Below are positions 8,128-17,668 of a DNA stretch of 33,706 bases, in pieces (position 1 is the first letter of the stretch; each line of letters begins with the position of its first letter). The DNA comes from a virus: IMG/VR virus record IMGVR_UViG_3300045988_059196; one strand, given 5' to 3'. The notes under the pieces are model-generated. The model did no database searches. It saw only the letters and a program-made list of their open reading frames with translations, and had not been told where the DNA came from. A program made the translations under genes and the position numbers.

Positions 8128-8236
8128 AAGATGCACCAACCTACCACAGCGTTGCATCTTCTACCAAATGAATCCCCACAACCACACCGACTGACGGGAT
8201 GGTGTGAAATTCATTTACATCATACCATCCTGTCAG
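8126..8236 (+). promoter_or_regulatory. Cluster of nested and mutually exclusive inverted repeats (operator or RNA leader candidate)
   Basis: Hairpin A: 8126-8135 / 8153-8162 (10 bp). Hairpin B: outer 8166-8173 / 8209-8216, inner 8183-8188 / 8201-8206. Hairpin C: 8191-8203 / 8224-8236 (13 bp, one G-T), overlapping the 3' half of B. Confidence 0.4.
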
Positions 8237-8282
8237 CCAAAAGTCAATAATATTTAGCTGATAGGAGGAAATTTCAATGTAC

Positions 8283-8429
8283 GAACTCATCCTGCGCGAA
8301 ATCGCCGTCATCGACGAAGCGCTCGCCATCGTGTGTGACCGCATGAACCCTGCCGACCGCATCTCCGATGCCCTCCTCCGTGAAGTTATCGAATGCACGG
8401 AGAACATCCGAAAGGCGGTGGACGAATGA
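8283..8429 (+). CDS. Small hypothetical protein (48 aa), translationally coupled to the antirepressor gene
   Basis: RBS TAGGAGGA 7 nt upstream of ATG 8283. ATGA overlap with the next gene. Not in the ORF track. Confidence 0.5.
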   Translation, partial: ELILREIAVIDEALAIVCDRMNPADRISDALLREVIECTENIRKAVDE

Positions 8430-9148
8430 ACGGATTGCAGACCTTCGCCAATGAAGAGTTCGGCGCTGTCCGTTCTCTGATGATTGAGGACATGCCGTGG
8501 TTTGTTGGACGCGACGTTGCGACTGCGTTAGGGTACGCAAAACCGCAGAATGCGATTAAGTCACATGTCGATGCGGATGATGCCCTAAATCAGGGCATCA
8601 TCGACAGCATGGGGCGCTCTCAGCCGACAATGCTTATCAACGAGTCCGGGCTGTACAGTCTCATCCTGTCCAGCAAGCTCCCCGCCGCCAAAAGGTTCAA
8701 ACGCTGGGTCACGTCCGAAGTGTTACCCGCTATCCGCAGGACGGGAGGGTACGGAACGGCTACACAGGCGGCGGAGCCGGAGACAGCGGCGGCAGAAACG
8801 CTTCCGGCACGGGAGACTACGAACGACGATTACCTCCGCGCCGCGTCCATCGTCGCCTCCTGCAAGAATGAGCGCTTGCCCTATGTGCTGGCGTACCTGA
8901 GCAAGGCAGGGCTTTCCACCGTCTGCCCCGTGCAGACGCAGGAAGAACAGCGAGACCGCTATGAAATCATGCGTCTGCTGGTGAAAGCGTATAACGACTA
9001 CGGCATCAGCGACACGACCATCGGCAAGGCGACGGGACTTAACCGGGCGCAGATCAGGATGTACCGCACAGGCGAGCGCTTCCCCAAAGCGGGACGGGCG
9101 GAATACATCAAAGCTGTGGTTGAGCCTATGCTGGTTGAACAGGAATAA
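8426..9148 (+). CDS. Phage antirepressor, Bro-N domain family
   Basis: N-terminus MNGLQTFANEEFGAVRSLMIEDMPWFVGRDVATALGY...INESGLYSLILSSKLPAAKRFKRWVTSEVLPAIRRTGGY is a textbook Bro-N/AntA domain. Start moved to ATG 8426 because of the ATGA coupling. Confidence 0.85.
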   Translation: MNGLQTFANEEFGAVRSLMIEDMPWFVGRDVATALGYAKPQNAIKSHVDADDALNQGIIDSMGRSQPTMLINESGLYSLILSSKLPAAKRFKRWVTSEVLPAIRRTGGYGTATQAAEPETAAAETLPARETTNDDYLRAASIVASCKNERLPYVLAYLSKAGLSTVCPVQTQEEQRDRYEIMRLLVKAYNDYGISDTTIGKATGLNRAQIRMYRTGERFPKAGRAEYIKAVVEPMLVEQE

Positions 9149-9157
9149 CCCCATTCA

Positions 9158-9189
9158 GCCGCTGCACTGATTCAGTGCGGCGGTTTTTC
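9158..9189 (+). terminator. Rho-independent terminator
   Basis: gccgctgcactga / tcagtgcggcgg stem (one wobble) followed by TTTTT. Confidence 0.75.
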
Positions 9190-9216
9190 TATGCCAATTA
9201 AAGGCGGTGATACCCT

Positions 9217-10698
9217 TTGTTTTCGAGATTATGGCAGTTTATAAGGCAGGTGATACACCGGATGTTCCCCTTTAAGGACGTGGCGGCGGTTGAGCACATC
9301 GACACGCCGCTGTCCAATGAGATGATTGACGCCCTCGACCTGTGGTACAAAATGTACACCGATTCGCCCCCGTGGCTGTCTCCCGGCAAGGTGAAAAGCC
9401 TGAACCTCCCCTCGCTGATTTGCTCTGAGGTAGCCCGTCAGGTGCTTTTGGAGGTTAAGTGGAACATCAGCGGCAAGGCGGACGAGAACGGCAACGCACA
9501 GGACAGCTCCCGCGCCGAGTACCTGAAAGCGGAGTTCGGGAAGCTGATGCAGTCCCTCCGCCCCAAGCTGGAGCAGGCGTGCGCGGCGGGCGGTATGACC
9601 ATCAAGCCCTATCCCAAGGACGGGCATATCTATTTCGACTGTGCCACGGCATGGAGTCTCTACCCTATCGCCTTTGACGATGACGGCAACCTGAAAGATG
9701 TGATTTTCCGCGATTCCTATCAGGACGGCAAAACGACGTACACCCGCCTTGAGCGGCACACGGTGACGGACAAGGGTATTTCCATCACGCAGAGGGCTTT
9801 TCGCTCCAATAACCGGGAGTCCATCGGTGTTGAAATCCCGCTGACCGACGTGCCGCAGTGGGCGGAAGCAGAGCCGGAAGCCCTGCTGACGGACACGGAA
9901 GGGCAAATGTTCGGCTGGTTCAAAACCGCCAACGCGAATAACGTTGACATTGACGCGCCTATGGGCGTGGCGGTGTTCAATAAAGCCGTCAACATCATCA
10001 GGGAGGCGGACATGCAGTATTCCCGCATTCTGTGGGAGTATGAGGGCAGTGAGCTGGCTATCGACGTGGATCCGACCGTGCTGCGCCCGCAGATGAACGG
10101 ACGCGGACGGCAGGAAATGCCCCAACTGAACGAGCGCCTGTTCCGCGGCGTTGACCTCGGCGATGACCATTATCAGGTGTTCTCCCCTGCCATCCGCGAC
10201 TCCGCGCTGTTTAACGGTCTGAATCAGCTTTTTATGCGCGTCGAGGATAGCTGCGGTCTTGCAAGAGGCACGCTGTCCGACGCGAATCAGGAAGCGCGGA
10301 CGGCTACGGAGCTGCGCATCGTCAAGCAGCGCACATACGCCACCATTGCCGACAACCAGCGGGCGCTTGAGCACTGTCTGCGGGACGTGGTGCGGGCAAT
10401 GGACAAGTACGCCACCATGTACGACCTCGCCCCGGCTGGCGACTACGACTTGTCCTTTGAATGGGATGACAGCATCATCACCGACGCATCCCAGCAGCTC
10501 GGCGAACGGCTGGAGCTTATGTCGCAGGGGCTTATGAGCAAGACAGAGTTCCGCATGTGGTATTTCGGTGAAACCGAAGCGCAAGCCGAACGCGCCCTTC
10601 AAAAGGTGCAGCAGGAACAGCTTTCGCAGTCTATGGACGCGCTGCTGACCGCACAGAGTGGCGCTACGGGGGCTTCTGCGCCCGACGACGGCGAATAA
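9217..10698 (+). CDS. Portal protein (SPP1 gp6-like)
   Basis: 493 aa, in the portal position upstream of the Mu-F-like gene. The N-terminal pattern FIRQVIHRMFPFKD...LWYKMY is typical of SPP1-type portals. TTG start. Confidence 0.85.
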   Translation: MFSRLWQFIRQVIHRMFPFKDVAAVEHIDTPLSNEMIDALDLWYKMYTDSPPWLSPGKVKSLNLPSLICSEVARQVLLEVKWNISGKADENGNAQDSSRAEYLKAEFGKLMQSLRPKLEQACAAGGMTIKPYPKDGHIYFDCATAWSLYPIAFDDDGNLKDVIFRDSYQDGKTTYTRLERHTVTDKGISITQRAFRSNNRESIGVEIPLTDVPQWAEAEPEALLTDTEGQMFGWFKTANANNVDIDAPMGVAVFNKAVNIIREADMQYSRILWEYEGSELAIDVDPTVLRPQMNGRGRQEMPQLNERLFRGVDLGDDHYQVFSPAIRDSALFNGLNQLFMRVEDSCGLARGTLSDANQEARTATELRIVKQRTYATIADNQRALEHCLRDVVRAMDKYATMYDLAPAGDYDLSFEWDDSIITDASQQLGERLELMSQGLMSKTEFRMWYFGETEAQAERALQKVQQEQLSQSMDALLTAQSGATGASAPDDGE

Positions 10699-10711
10699 GG
10701 GGTGAAATCCC

Positions 10712-11866
10712 ATGCTATCGAATGAAGCGCTGGAAAGAGTGCTCGGACGCCTGCAATCGCGTTTCGATGAGGTGAACAGCTTCTACATTCGCAAGATTGC
10801 CGAGCAGATCAAGAAGATTGGCAGGCTGAGTCAAGCCAACATCAATCGCCTTGTCATTATGGCCGACATGACTTCCGATGTGCGCGAGATTACCGAGCGG
10901 CTGGTGACCGTCACCCGTCTGAATGCGCAGGACATTCAGGCGGTGTTCAATGCGGCTATGCAGCAGACATACAGTGACCCGCGTTTCACACAGGCGTTCA
11001 CAGCAGGCGCACAGCCCTCCGCCGCCGTGCGGCAGCGGCTTGTGCAGTTCGCGCAGAACGTGTCCCGGCAGACGGCGCAGACGGCGCAAAACCTGTCCAA
11101 CACGACGGCGATTGCAGCGCCGTACCGCAGGGCGGTTGACCGGGGCATATTGGCGGTAAGCACAGGGCTGATGGATTACCAAACAGCTACACGGGAGATT
11201 GTGAGGGAAATCGGGTATAACGGCTTGCAGGTGCAGTACGCAAGCGGTTATCACAGGCGGCTGGATACCGCCGTGCGGCAGAACGTGGTTGACGGCGTAA
11301 AGCAGATCACTCAGCACGGCGCAAATGCCATCGGCGAGGCGCTGGAATACCGCGAGGTGGAAATATCTGCGCACATGCACAGCGCCCCCGACCACGAACC
11401 AGTTCAGGGACGTATTTTCCCCAAAGCTGAGTTTGACAGGATGCAAGCCGGACTTTCCTGCACCGACATCGACGGCAACGTTTACGCGGGCTTTAAGCGC
11501 CCTATCGCTGAGTGGAACTGCGGGCATTTTGCCCTGCCATTCGACTCCCGGTATGCCAAACCCCGCTACGACCCTGCACAGCTCCACGAATGGGCGGAGA
11601 AGAACAACGCGGGGTGCGACATCGACGGCAAGCATTACACCACCTATCAGGCACAGCAGCTTATGCGCAAGATGGAAACGCGGGTGCGGCGGTATAAGGA
11701 CACGGCGAATGCCGCCCGCATTGCCGGGGACGATACCTTGCGGCGCGAGTGCCAAATGCGCATCAACGCAGTCGCCGCAAAGTATGAACAGGTTGCGAAG
11801 CTGTCCGGTCTGCCCATGCGCAAGCAGCGCATGAGCGTAGAGGGCTTCAAAATGGTTAAACTCTAA
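10712..11866 (+). CDS. Minor capsid / head morphogenesis protein (Mu F / SPP1 gp7 family)
   Basis: Position after the portal. Motifs HSAPDHEPVQGRIF and IAEWNCGH are typical of the Phage_Mu_F family. Confidence 0.8.
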   Translation: MLSNEALERVLGRLQSRFDEVNSFYIRKIAEQIKKIGRLSQANINRLVIMADMTSDVREITERLVTVTRLNAQDIQAVFNAAMQQTYSDPRFTQAFTAGAQPSAAVRQRLVQFAQNVSRQTAQTAQNLSNTTAIAAPYRRAVDRGILAVSTGLMDYQTATREIVREIGYNGLQVQYASGYHRRLDTAVRQNVVDGVKQITQHGANAIGEALEYREVEISAHMHSAPDHEPVQGRIFPKAEFDRMQAGLSCTDIDGNVYAGFKRPIAEWNCGHFALPFDSRYAKPRYDPAQLHEWAEKNNAGCDIDGKHYTTYQAQQLMRKMETRVRRYKDTANAARIAGDDTLRRECQMRINAVAAKYEQVAKLSGLPMRKQRMSVEGFKMVKL

Positions 11867-11882
11867 TTTCAAAGCTATTGAA

Positions 11883-11909
11883 AGCTCACCGGGTTTCGGT
11901 GGGCTTTTA
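11883..11909 (+). terminator. Rho-independent terminator (possibly partial)
   Basis: agctcaccg ggtttc ggtgggct hairpin (one wobble) followed by TTTT. Confidence 0.5.
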
Positions 11910-12009
11910 ATATATCACCCTACCATGCCGGGACATAACTGCATGGGCGCCGCGCCCGCGGAGTGGCCGCGGATATATAAGCCAAATCTACGGCGGCAGG
12001 AGGTAACAC

Positions 12010-12678
12010 ATGGAATTTCTCAAGGCTCTTTTCTCCAATGGTCCCTTGACCTTCGAGCAGTTTGAAGCTGCTGTCAGGGAACAGAAAATGAACATCGTCA
12101 ATCTTGCAGATGGCGGGTACGTCTCCAAAAGCAAGTACGACGACACGGTGAACGGCCTCAAGGGGCAGGTAACGGAATTGCAGGGGCAAATCACCTCCCG
12201 CGACGGCGACCTGACCTCCCTTCGTGAACAGCTTACGGCGGCGCAGGCTGACGCGGGCAAGCTCGGCGCCGTTCAGCAGTCCCTCGCCGACCTCCAGACC
12301 AAGTACAACACCGATAAGACCGACTACGAAAACAAGCTGACGCGCCAAGCCTACGAGTACATGGTGCGCGAGCGCGCAAACAGCTTGCAGTTTTCGTCTG
12401 CTTCGGCAAAAAAGGCGTTCTTGCAGGAGGCTATCGGCAAGGACTTCAAGGTAGACGGTGAAAGTCTGCTGGGCTACGAGGATTTCGTAACCAAGTATAA
12501 GGCGGATGACCCCGGCGCGTTTGCGGCGGAGAAAGAGCCGGAAGGAGCACCAAAGGGAAAGCCGACTGTGGTACTGCCCAGCGGCGGCAAGCCCGCTCCC
12601 GGCAAAAAGTATTCCCTGTCGGAGCTCATGATGCGACACAACGAAAACCCCGACGCGCCGATTGCCTTTGATGAGTGA
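12010..12678 (+). CDS. Capsid scaffolding protein
   Basis: Position directly upstream of the major capsid gene. Coiled-coil, charged sequence of DUF4355/GP20 type. RBS GGCAGGAGG. Confidence 0.75.
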   Translation: MEFLKALFSNGPLTFEQFEAAVREQKMNIVNLADGGYVSKSKYDDTVNGLKGQVTELQGQITSRDGDLTSLREQLTAAQADAGKLGAVQQSLADLQTKYNTDKTDYENKLTRQAYEYMVRERANSLQFSSASAKKAFLQEAIGKDFKVDGESLLGYEDFVTKYKADDPGAFAAEKEPEGAPKGKPTVVLPSGGKPAPGKKYSLSELMMRHNENPDAPIAFDE

Positions 12679-12714
12679 CCGGCGCAAACCTGAACGAAGA
12701 AAGGAAGATGAATC

Positions 12715-13908
12715 ATGGCTGGCAAGTTTAACGCCAAGTTTTTCAACGGTGAAGTATTCCAGAAATACATCGACCGCATCCCCAACCCCCGCAAGACGGA
12801 ACTGCTCAAGTCCCGCGCTATCCGCAGTCGCCCTGAGCTGGCCTCCTCCATGCGCGACGAAGTAGGCGGCAACTACATCAGCACGCCCCTCAAGGGTCTG
12901 ATTTCCGGCTCTGTCCCCATGAACTACGACGGCAACACCGACATCACCCCCTCCAGCACGGAGACCTTTATGCAGTCCCGTGTGGTCGTCGGTCGCGCCA
13001 ATGCGTGGGCGGAGCTGGATTTCAGCTACGACATTACGGGTGGCGAGGACTTCATGGAGAACGTCGCTGAGCAAATCAACGACTACTGGAACGAAATCGA
13101 TCAGGATACCCTCGTTGCTATCCTCAAGGGCGTGTTCAGCATGACCGACACGCAGGGCAAGAAGTTCGTGACGACCCATACGCACGACGTGACCGCCCTG
13201 CTGAATGCGGACGGCAAGACCGGCGTCATGGATGCTACGACCATGAACACCGCCATCCAGCGGGCCTCCGGCGACCAGAAGGGCAAGTTTACGCTTGTGC
13301 TGATGCACAGCGTCGTGGCTACCAATCTGGAGAACCTGAAACTGCTGACCTACCTCAAGTACAACGATGCGGACGGTATGCAGCGCGACATCGGCCTTGC
13401 GACCCTGAACGGCCGTCTGGTGCTGGTGGATGACTCCATGCCCGTTGAGCACGGCTACGATGCCGCCACCGCCGCTACTGCGGGTGCGGTCAAGGTGGTT
13501 GCCTCCGGTGCGACCACTGGTCAGATCAACCTCGCGGACGTGAAGAAGGGCGATTTCTACCCTGCCAACGTTGCGGCGGACGCCTATGTGGTCGAGGCCA
13601 CTCACTACATTTCCTATGTACTGGGTGACGGTGCTATCGAGTACACCGACTGCGGCGCTAAGACCCCCTACGAAATGGACCGTAACCCTGCTGTCAAGGG
13701 CGGTCAGGATCTGCTGTACAGCCGTCAGCGCAAGTGCTGGGCGCCCTACGGTATTTCCTTCACCAAGGCTTCTATGGCTTCCGCTTCCCCCACGGACGCG
13801 GAACTGGCGAAGGGCGCGAACTGGGAGCTGGTATCCTCTGCGGGTACTACCAAGACGTACATCGACCCCAAGACCATTCCCATTGCCCGCATTATCTCCC
13901 TCGGCTAA
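12715..13908 (+). CDS. Major capsid protein (HK97-fold expected)
   Basis: 397 aa, directly after the scaffold gene. Size and position are typical. Confidence 0.8.
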   Translation: MAGKFNAKFFNGEVFQKYIDRIPNPRKTELLKSRAIRSRPELASSMRDEVGGNYISTPLKGLISGSVPMNYDGNTDITPSSTETFMQSRVVVGRANAWAELDFSYDITGGEDFMENVAEQINDYWNEIDQDTLVAILKGVFSMTDTQGKKFVTTHTHDVTALLNADGKTGVMDATTMNTAIQRASGDQKGKFTLVLMHSVVATNLENLKLLTYLKYNDADGMQRDIGLATLNGRLVLVDDSMPVEHGYDAATAATAGAVKVVASGATTGQINLADVKKGDFYPANVAADAYVVEATHYISYVLGDGAIEYTDCGAKTPYEMDRNPAVKGGQDLLYSRQRKCWAPYGISFTKASMASASPTDAELAKGANWELVSSAGTTKTYIDPKTIPIARIISLG

Positions 13909-13939
13909 TCGCCGCAGGGATGAAAGGAGGGCGGTCTGA

Positions 13940-14329
13940 ATGGCGCACGCGCAATACCTGACGTATGACGAGTACAAGGCATACGGTGGCGCACTTGCGC
14001 CCGCCGCCTATCCTCCGATGGAGCTGAAAAGCCGCAAACGCATAGACTACTTGACCGACTCCCGCATACAGAACATGCAGACTGTGCCGGATGCGGTCAA
14101 GCTCTGTGCGTTTGCGCTGATTGCTCTGGAGGAAGCCGTGGGCGTGGAAGCGCAAGCCACCAATCCCGCCGTCACCTCTTTTAACACGGACGGCTATTCA
14201 GAATCCTATGGCAATGCTCTGAACACTGATGAAGCACGTCGGCAAATGAACAAGCTGATAGGCGAGTATCTGTACGGCGAACGGGATGACGACGGCGTAC
14301 CGCTTTTGTATCGCGGGGTGAGAGGATGA
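13940..14329 (+). CDS. Head-tail connector/adaptor protein
   Basis: 129 aa, first gene after the capsid gene, RBS AAAGGAGGG. Assigned by position and size. Confidence 0.55.
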   Translation: MAHAQYLTYDEYKAYGGALAPAAYPPMELKSRKRIDYLTDSRIQNMQTVPDAVKLCAFALIALEEAVGVEAQATNPAVTSFNTDGYSESYGNALNTDEARRQMNKLIGEYLYGERDDDGVPLLYRGVRG

Positions 14330-14733
14330 AGCTGTGCAATGATACGATTACCGTTTTCAACGCAAAGCTCGATCAAGCCCTTGATGCGACGGTGTACGTC
14401 CCGACCGTGATTCACGGCGTGTCATGGTACGGCGGCGAAAAATCCACGGTGGATGCGAATGGCCTGAAAGCCGCAAGCCAGTACACTATCCGCATACCAC
14501 TGAAAGCTGATGCCGGGGGTAAGACCTACGTTGACCCGGTGTACTGGCGCAATTCTGCGGACGTGGCGGGGCTGTATACCCTGAATGAGGGCGACCTGAT
14601 GGTAAAGGGAGCGTACACAGACGCACTGACGCTACCCGCACAAATCAAAGCCCTGCACGGTGTAACGATTCTCGCGGTCACGGACAACCGGCGAGCGCCG
14701 AACGCGCCGCACTGGAAGGTGGTGGGGACTTGA
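14326..14733 (+). CDS. Head closure / neck protein
   Basis: 135 aa, ATGA-coupled, in the neck module. Confidence 0.45.
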   Translation: MKLCNDTITVFNAKLDQALDATVYVPTVIHGVSWYGGEKSTVDANGLKAASQYTIRIPLKADAGGKTYVDPVYWRNSADVAGLYTLNEGDLMVKGAYTDALTLPAQIKALHGVTILAVTDNRRAPNAPHWKVVGT

Positions 14734-15188
14734 GCGTAACCATCAAAGCTGCTTTTCAGTGGAACGGTGACGGTGACCTTCTGCGCGCCAAAAACCTTGA
14801 AACGGGTGGGCGGGTGCAGACCGCTATCGACAATGCGGTCATTTCCTACTGTATGCCGTACTGCCCGTGGGAAACAGGCACGCTGGCGCGAAGTCCGTTT
14901 GCGGCTTCTCCTCCGGGCGGAGGGCAGGTCGTATACGCAACGCCGTATGCCAGATACCTGTATTATGGGGAGGTCATGGGACCGAACATCCCCGTGTTTG
15001 AGGATGATACGGGAACGCCTACACGATTCTTTTCACCGCCCGGACAGGAGAAGCACCTGACCGGCAGGGCGTTGACCTTCCGAACGGACTCTAATCCGCT
15101 GGCGGGTGCGTTCTGGTTTGAGCGCATGAAAGCCGACCACATGCAGGACATTTTGGAGGAGGCGAGAAACGTTGCCAACGGTAAATAA
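14730..15188 (+). CDS. Neck / tail-completion protein (minor capsid-type family)
   Basis: 152 aa. Motifs YARYLYYGE and NPLAGAFWFERMKADH recall the minor capsid/neck families of Firmicutes siphophages. TTG start overlaps the upstream stop. Confidence 0.5.
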   Translation: MSVTIKAAFQWNGDGDLLRAKNLETGGRVQTAIDNAVISYCMPYCPWETGTLARSPFAASPPGGGQVVYATPYARYLYYGEVMGPNIPVFEDDTGTPTRFFSPPGQEKHLTGRALTFRTDSNPLAGAFWFERMKADHMQDILEEARNVANGK

Positions 15189-15609
15189 CGTAGAACACCT
15201 CCGCAAGTGGTTTCGCCAATGTCCGGCACTGTCAAAGGCTAACCATTTCAGGGTTGACTATCTGGCCGAAGAAGCGACGGAGTACGCGCTGTATGCGGTT
15301 CCGTCTACCGTGAATTACCATGAAAATGTGCTGGGTGAGCACGTTCCGAACGATATTCAGACCTTGAATTTCATCTTTGCGTCGAAAGAAGCGTTCGGAG
15401 CAGCAGAAGCACAGAACATTGCCAATTATGGCTTCTATCAGGACGTAATTGACTGGATTATCAACCAAAACTCTTCTCGCAATCTCCCTTGCGTGAATGA
15501 GGGGCGCGTACTGTCAGTTGTCCCCACGCTGACGCAGTACGTCTCCGCGCCCGGTGCAAGCAGCGCAAAATACCAGATTCAAATCAAGCTGACTTATCGC
15601 AGACGCTAA
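15172..15609 (+). CDS. Tail terminator / neck protein
   Basis: 145 aa, last gene before the major tail protein. TTG start; assigned by position. Confidence 0.4.
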   Translation: MPTVNNVEHLRKWFRQCPALSKANHFRVDYLAEEATEYALYAVPSTVNYHENVLGEHVPNDIQTLNFIFASKEAFGAAEAQNIANYGFYQDVIDWIINQNSSRNLPCVNEGRVLSVVPTLTQYVSAPGASSAKYQIQIKLTYRRR

Positions 15610-15769
15610 GAACAAGGGAGCTGATTAAGTGTATGCGCGACTAATAAGCAGTTCCCTTTTCTTCTCCTCCGATGCCGGACGAATCAGAAAAGGGACTTTG
15701 TATCTCAATGACGGCGCGTTTTTCAGCGCGTCCGACCTAACAATTATTTCCATGAAAGGGGATAAGAAA

Positions 15770-16522
15770 ATGGCAAAACTTGAACGCAACCGCGGTATGT
15801 ATTTCGGCTCTTGGACGGGGCAAGACATCGGGGAAAAGGCCAGCGTCTCCATCGGCGACAGTTCGGGCGTTACCGCCTGCACGGTTACTGCCGCTACCTT
15901 CGGCACGTCGGTCAGCGACGTATCCGGCGAGTACACCTTCCTCTACGATGGCTCGAACTGGACGCTGAACGGGAACGTTGTCAGCGACATCAGCACCGCC
16001 TACGGTCTGTCCATCACCGGCGACCCCGCGGACGGTGACATTCTCGTTGTCGAGTACACTGCCGCTACGGGGGGCTGGGAAGCGCTGGGCAAGGACAACG
16101 ACGACCTCTCCAAGGAGCTGAACCCCGATACTGAGACCAGCAAGAACGTGCTGGGCGAAACCAGCTTCAAGCACTCCGGCTATGAGCCTGAAATTGGTCT
16201 CGATCCCTACTACATCGACCCCTCCCGTAAGATGTACGACCATCTGCGCGAGGTAGCGCTGGAGGAGCTCTACGGTGAGAACGACCTGATGGGTTACTTT
16301 GCCGAGGCATATTTCCAGACGGCAAACCGAAAGACCCAGAAGATGACCGGCTACTGCTACGTCCGTCAGGCGTGGTTTGTGCCTCAGTCTACTGGCGGCG
16401 ACACGGCGGGTTATGCGATTCCCGTTACGATTACGCCCGTTGGCCCGGCCACGAAGAAGAAGATCGTGTACGATATGAAAACCAACGAGGCCACCATCAC
16501 CAACTTCACTGCCGGTTCCTGA
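15770..16522 (+). CDS. Major tail (tube) protein
   Basis: 250 aa, upstream of the chaperone pair and tape measure. ATG 15770 is preceded by AAAGGGGA; the 15629 start has no RBS. Confidence 0.6.
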   Translation: MAKLERNRGMYFGSWTGQDIGEKASVSIGDSSGVTACTVTAATFGTSVSDVSGEYTFLYDGSNWTLNGNVVSDISTAYGLSITGDPADGDILVVEYTAATGGWEALGKDNDDLSKELNPDTETSKNVLGETSFKHSGYEPEIGLDPYYIDPSRKMYDHLREVALEELYGENDLMGYFAEAYFQTANRKTQKMTGYCYVRQAWFVPQSTGGDTAGYAIPVTITPVGPATKKKIVYDMKTNEATITNFTAGS

Positions 16523-16547
16523 TGAGCGGCGCGTAAAGGGACGAGAG

Positions 16548-16588
16548 CGGCGGGGCGAAGCTACACGCGGAGCCTCGCCGCATTTTGT
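16548..16588 (+). terminator. Candidate attenuating terminator after the major tail gene
   Basis: gcggcgggg / cctcgccgc stem (one mismatch), then ATTTT. Confidence 0.4.
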
Positions 16589-16605
16589 AAGGAGGTAAAT
16601 ACAGA

Positions 16606-17121
16606 ATGGCGAGCAGAACGAAACTCCCGCAGTCGAACCAGAACGTTTTCACGCTGGACGACGGCACGAAAGAGATCACCCTTGTCAACCCCTATGGAAA
16701 GGTCATTTGCAAGCTGCACATTCGTCCCGGTGACGTGTCCATCTATGACCGCTACAAGGCGCTGATGGACGACTTTGATTCCATCATCAAGCCGCTGTCC
16801 GACATGGACATCAAAAACGACGGCACGGCGGAGTTCGACGATAACTGGGAGAAGCTGCAACAGGTCGAAACCATTGTTAAGCAACGCATTAACGCGCTGT
16901 TCGACATGGATGACGCAGACGCGCTGTTTGCAACCCGGCATCCGTTCTCGTCTGTCAATGGCGTTTTCTACGTTGAGAACGTGCTGACCGTTCTCGGTCA
17001 GGTTATCGCTCAGGCCATTGAGACGGAAACGAAGCTGTCGCAGGAGCGTGTCAAAAAGTATCTGGCTGACCTCGAAAAGGATGTGACGCCGGATGCTGGG
17101 GCAACTGCCGACAAGCCTTGA
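16606..17121 (+). CDS. Tail assembly chaperone
   Basis: 171 aa, acidic, between the major tail protein and the Gp15-like gene. RBS TAAGGAGG. Confidence 0.6.
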   Translation: MASRTKLPQSNQNVFTLDDGTKEITLVNPYGKVICKLHIRPGDVSIYDRYKALMDDFDSIIKPLSDMDIKNDGTAEFDDNWEKLQQVETIVKQRINALFDMDDADALFATRHPFSSVNGVFYVENVLTVLGQVIAQAIETETKLSQERVKKYLADLEKDVTPDAGATADKP

Positions 17122-17668
17122 CGTATGCGGCACGGCATACAAAATCCGCACGGACTACCGTAACATCCTGCAAATATTCTCCGCCTATAACGACTCAAAT
17201 CTTTCTGACAGCGAAAAGGTGTACGTCTGTTTGAGACGCCTGTTTACGGATTTTGATAAGATCCCAAGCAAGCACTATGAACAGGCATACGCCGCCGCAA
17301 CCGCGTTTATCGACTGCGGGACGCGAGAGGATACGCCCGCGCCTAAAACAATCAACTGGGACAAGGACGAGCAACTGATTTTTCCCGCCGTCAATAAAGC
17401 AGCAGGAATGGAAGTCCGTTCCCTGCCCTACCTGCATTGGTGGACATTCCTCGGCTACTACCAGTCCGTAGACCACGACGGGCTGTTTGGTTTCGTTCTG
17501 ACCATCCGGCAGAAGAAAGCGCGGGGAAAGAAGCTGGAGAAGTACGAGCAGGAGTTTTATCGTTCCAACATCAATCTTTGCCGTATCGAAGAAAAACCCG
17601 CCCCGCAAAAGACGGAGAACACCCTGCAATCCATGTTTGATTCTCTCCCGGAAGAAGGTGAAACTTAA
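17093..17668 (+). CDS. Phage Gp15-family protein (second tail chaperone)
   Basis: GTAYKIRTDYRNILQIFSAYND matches my memory of the Phage_Gp15 family. Directly precedes the tape measure gene (TAATG junction). Confidence 0.6.
   Translation: MLGQLPTSLDVCGTAYKIRTDYRNILQIFSAYNDSNLSDSEKVYVCLRRLFTDFDKIPSKHYEQAYAAATAFIDCGTREDTPAPKTINWDKDEQLIFPAVNKAAGMEVRSLPYLHWWTFLGYYQSVDHDGLFGFVLTIRQKKARGKKLEKYEQEFYRSNINLCRIEEKPAPQKTENTLQSMFDSLPEEGET

Noticed and set aside
11920-13977. 685-aa ORF on the minus strand
   Set aside because: It lies entirely antisense to the scaffold and major capsid genes. It has an Arg/Gly/Val/Leu-rich composition typical of a shadow ORF in high-GC DNA, and no RBS or recognisable motif.
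17041-17121. Canonical -1 programmed frameshift joining the two tail chaperone ORFs
   Set aside because: ORF 17093-17668 is in the +1 frame relative to 16606-17121, not -1. It has its own ATG. The only A-rich site (gtc aaa aag, 17050-17058) is not a true X XXY YYZ heptamer. A frameshift product cannot be excluded but is not supported.
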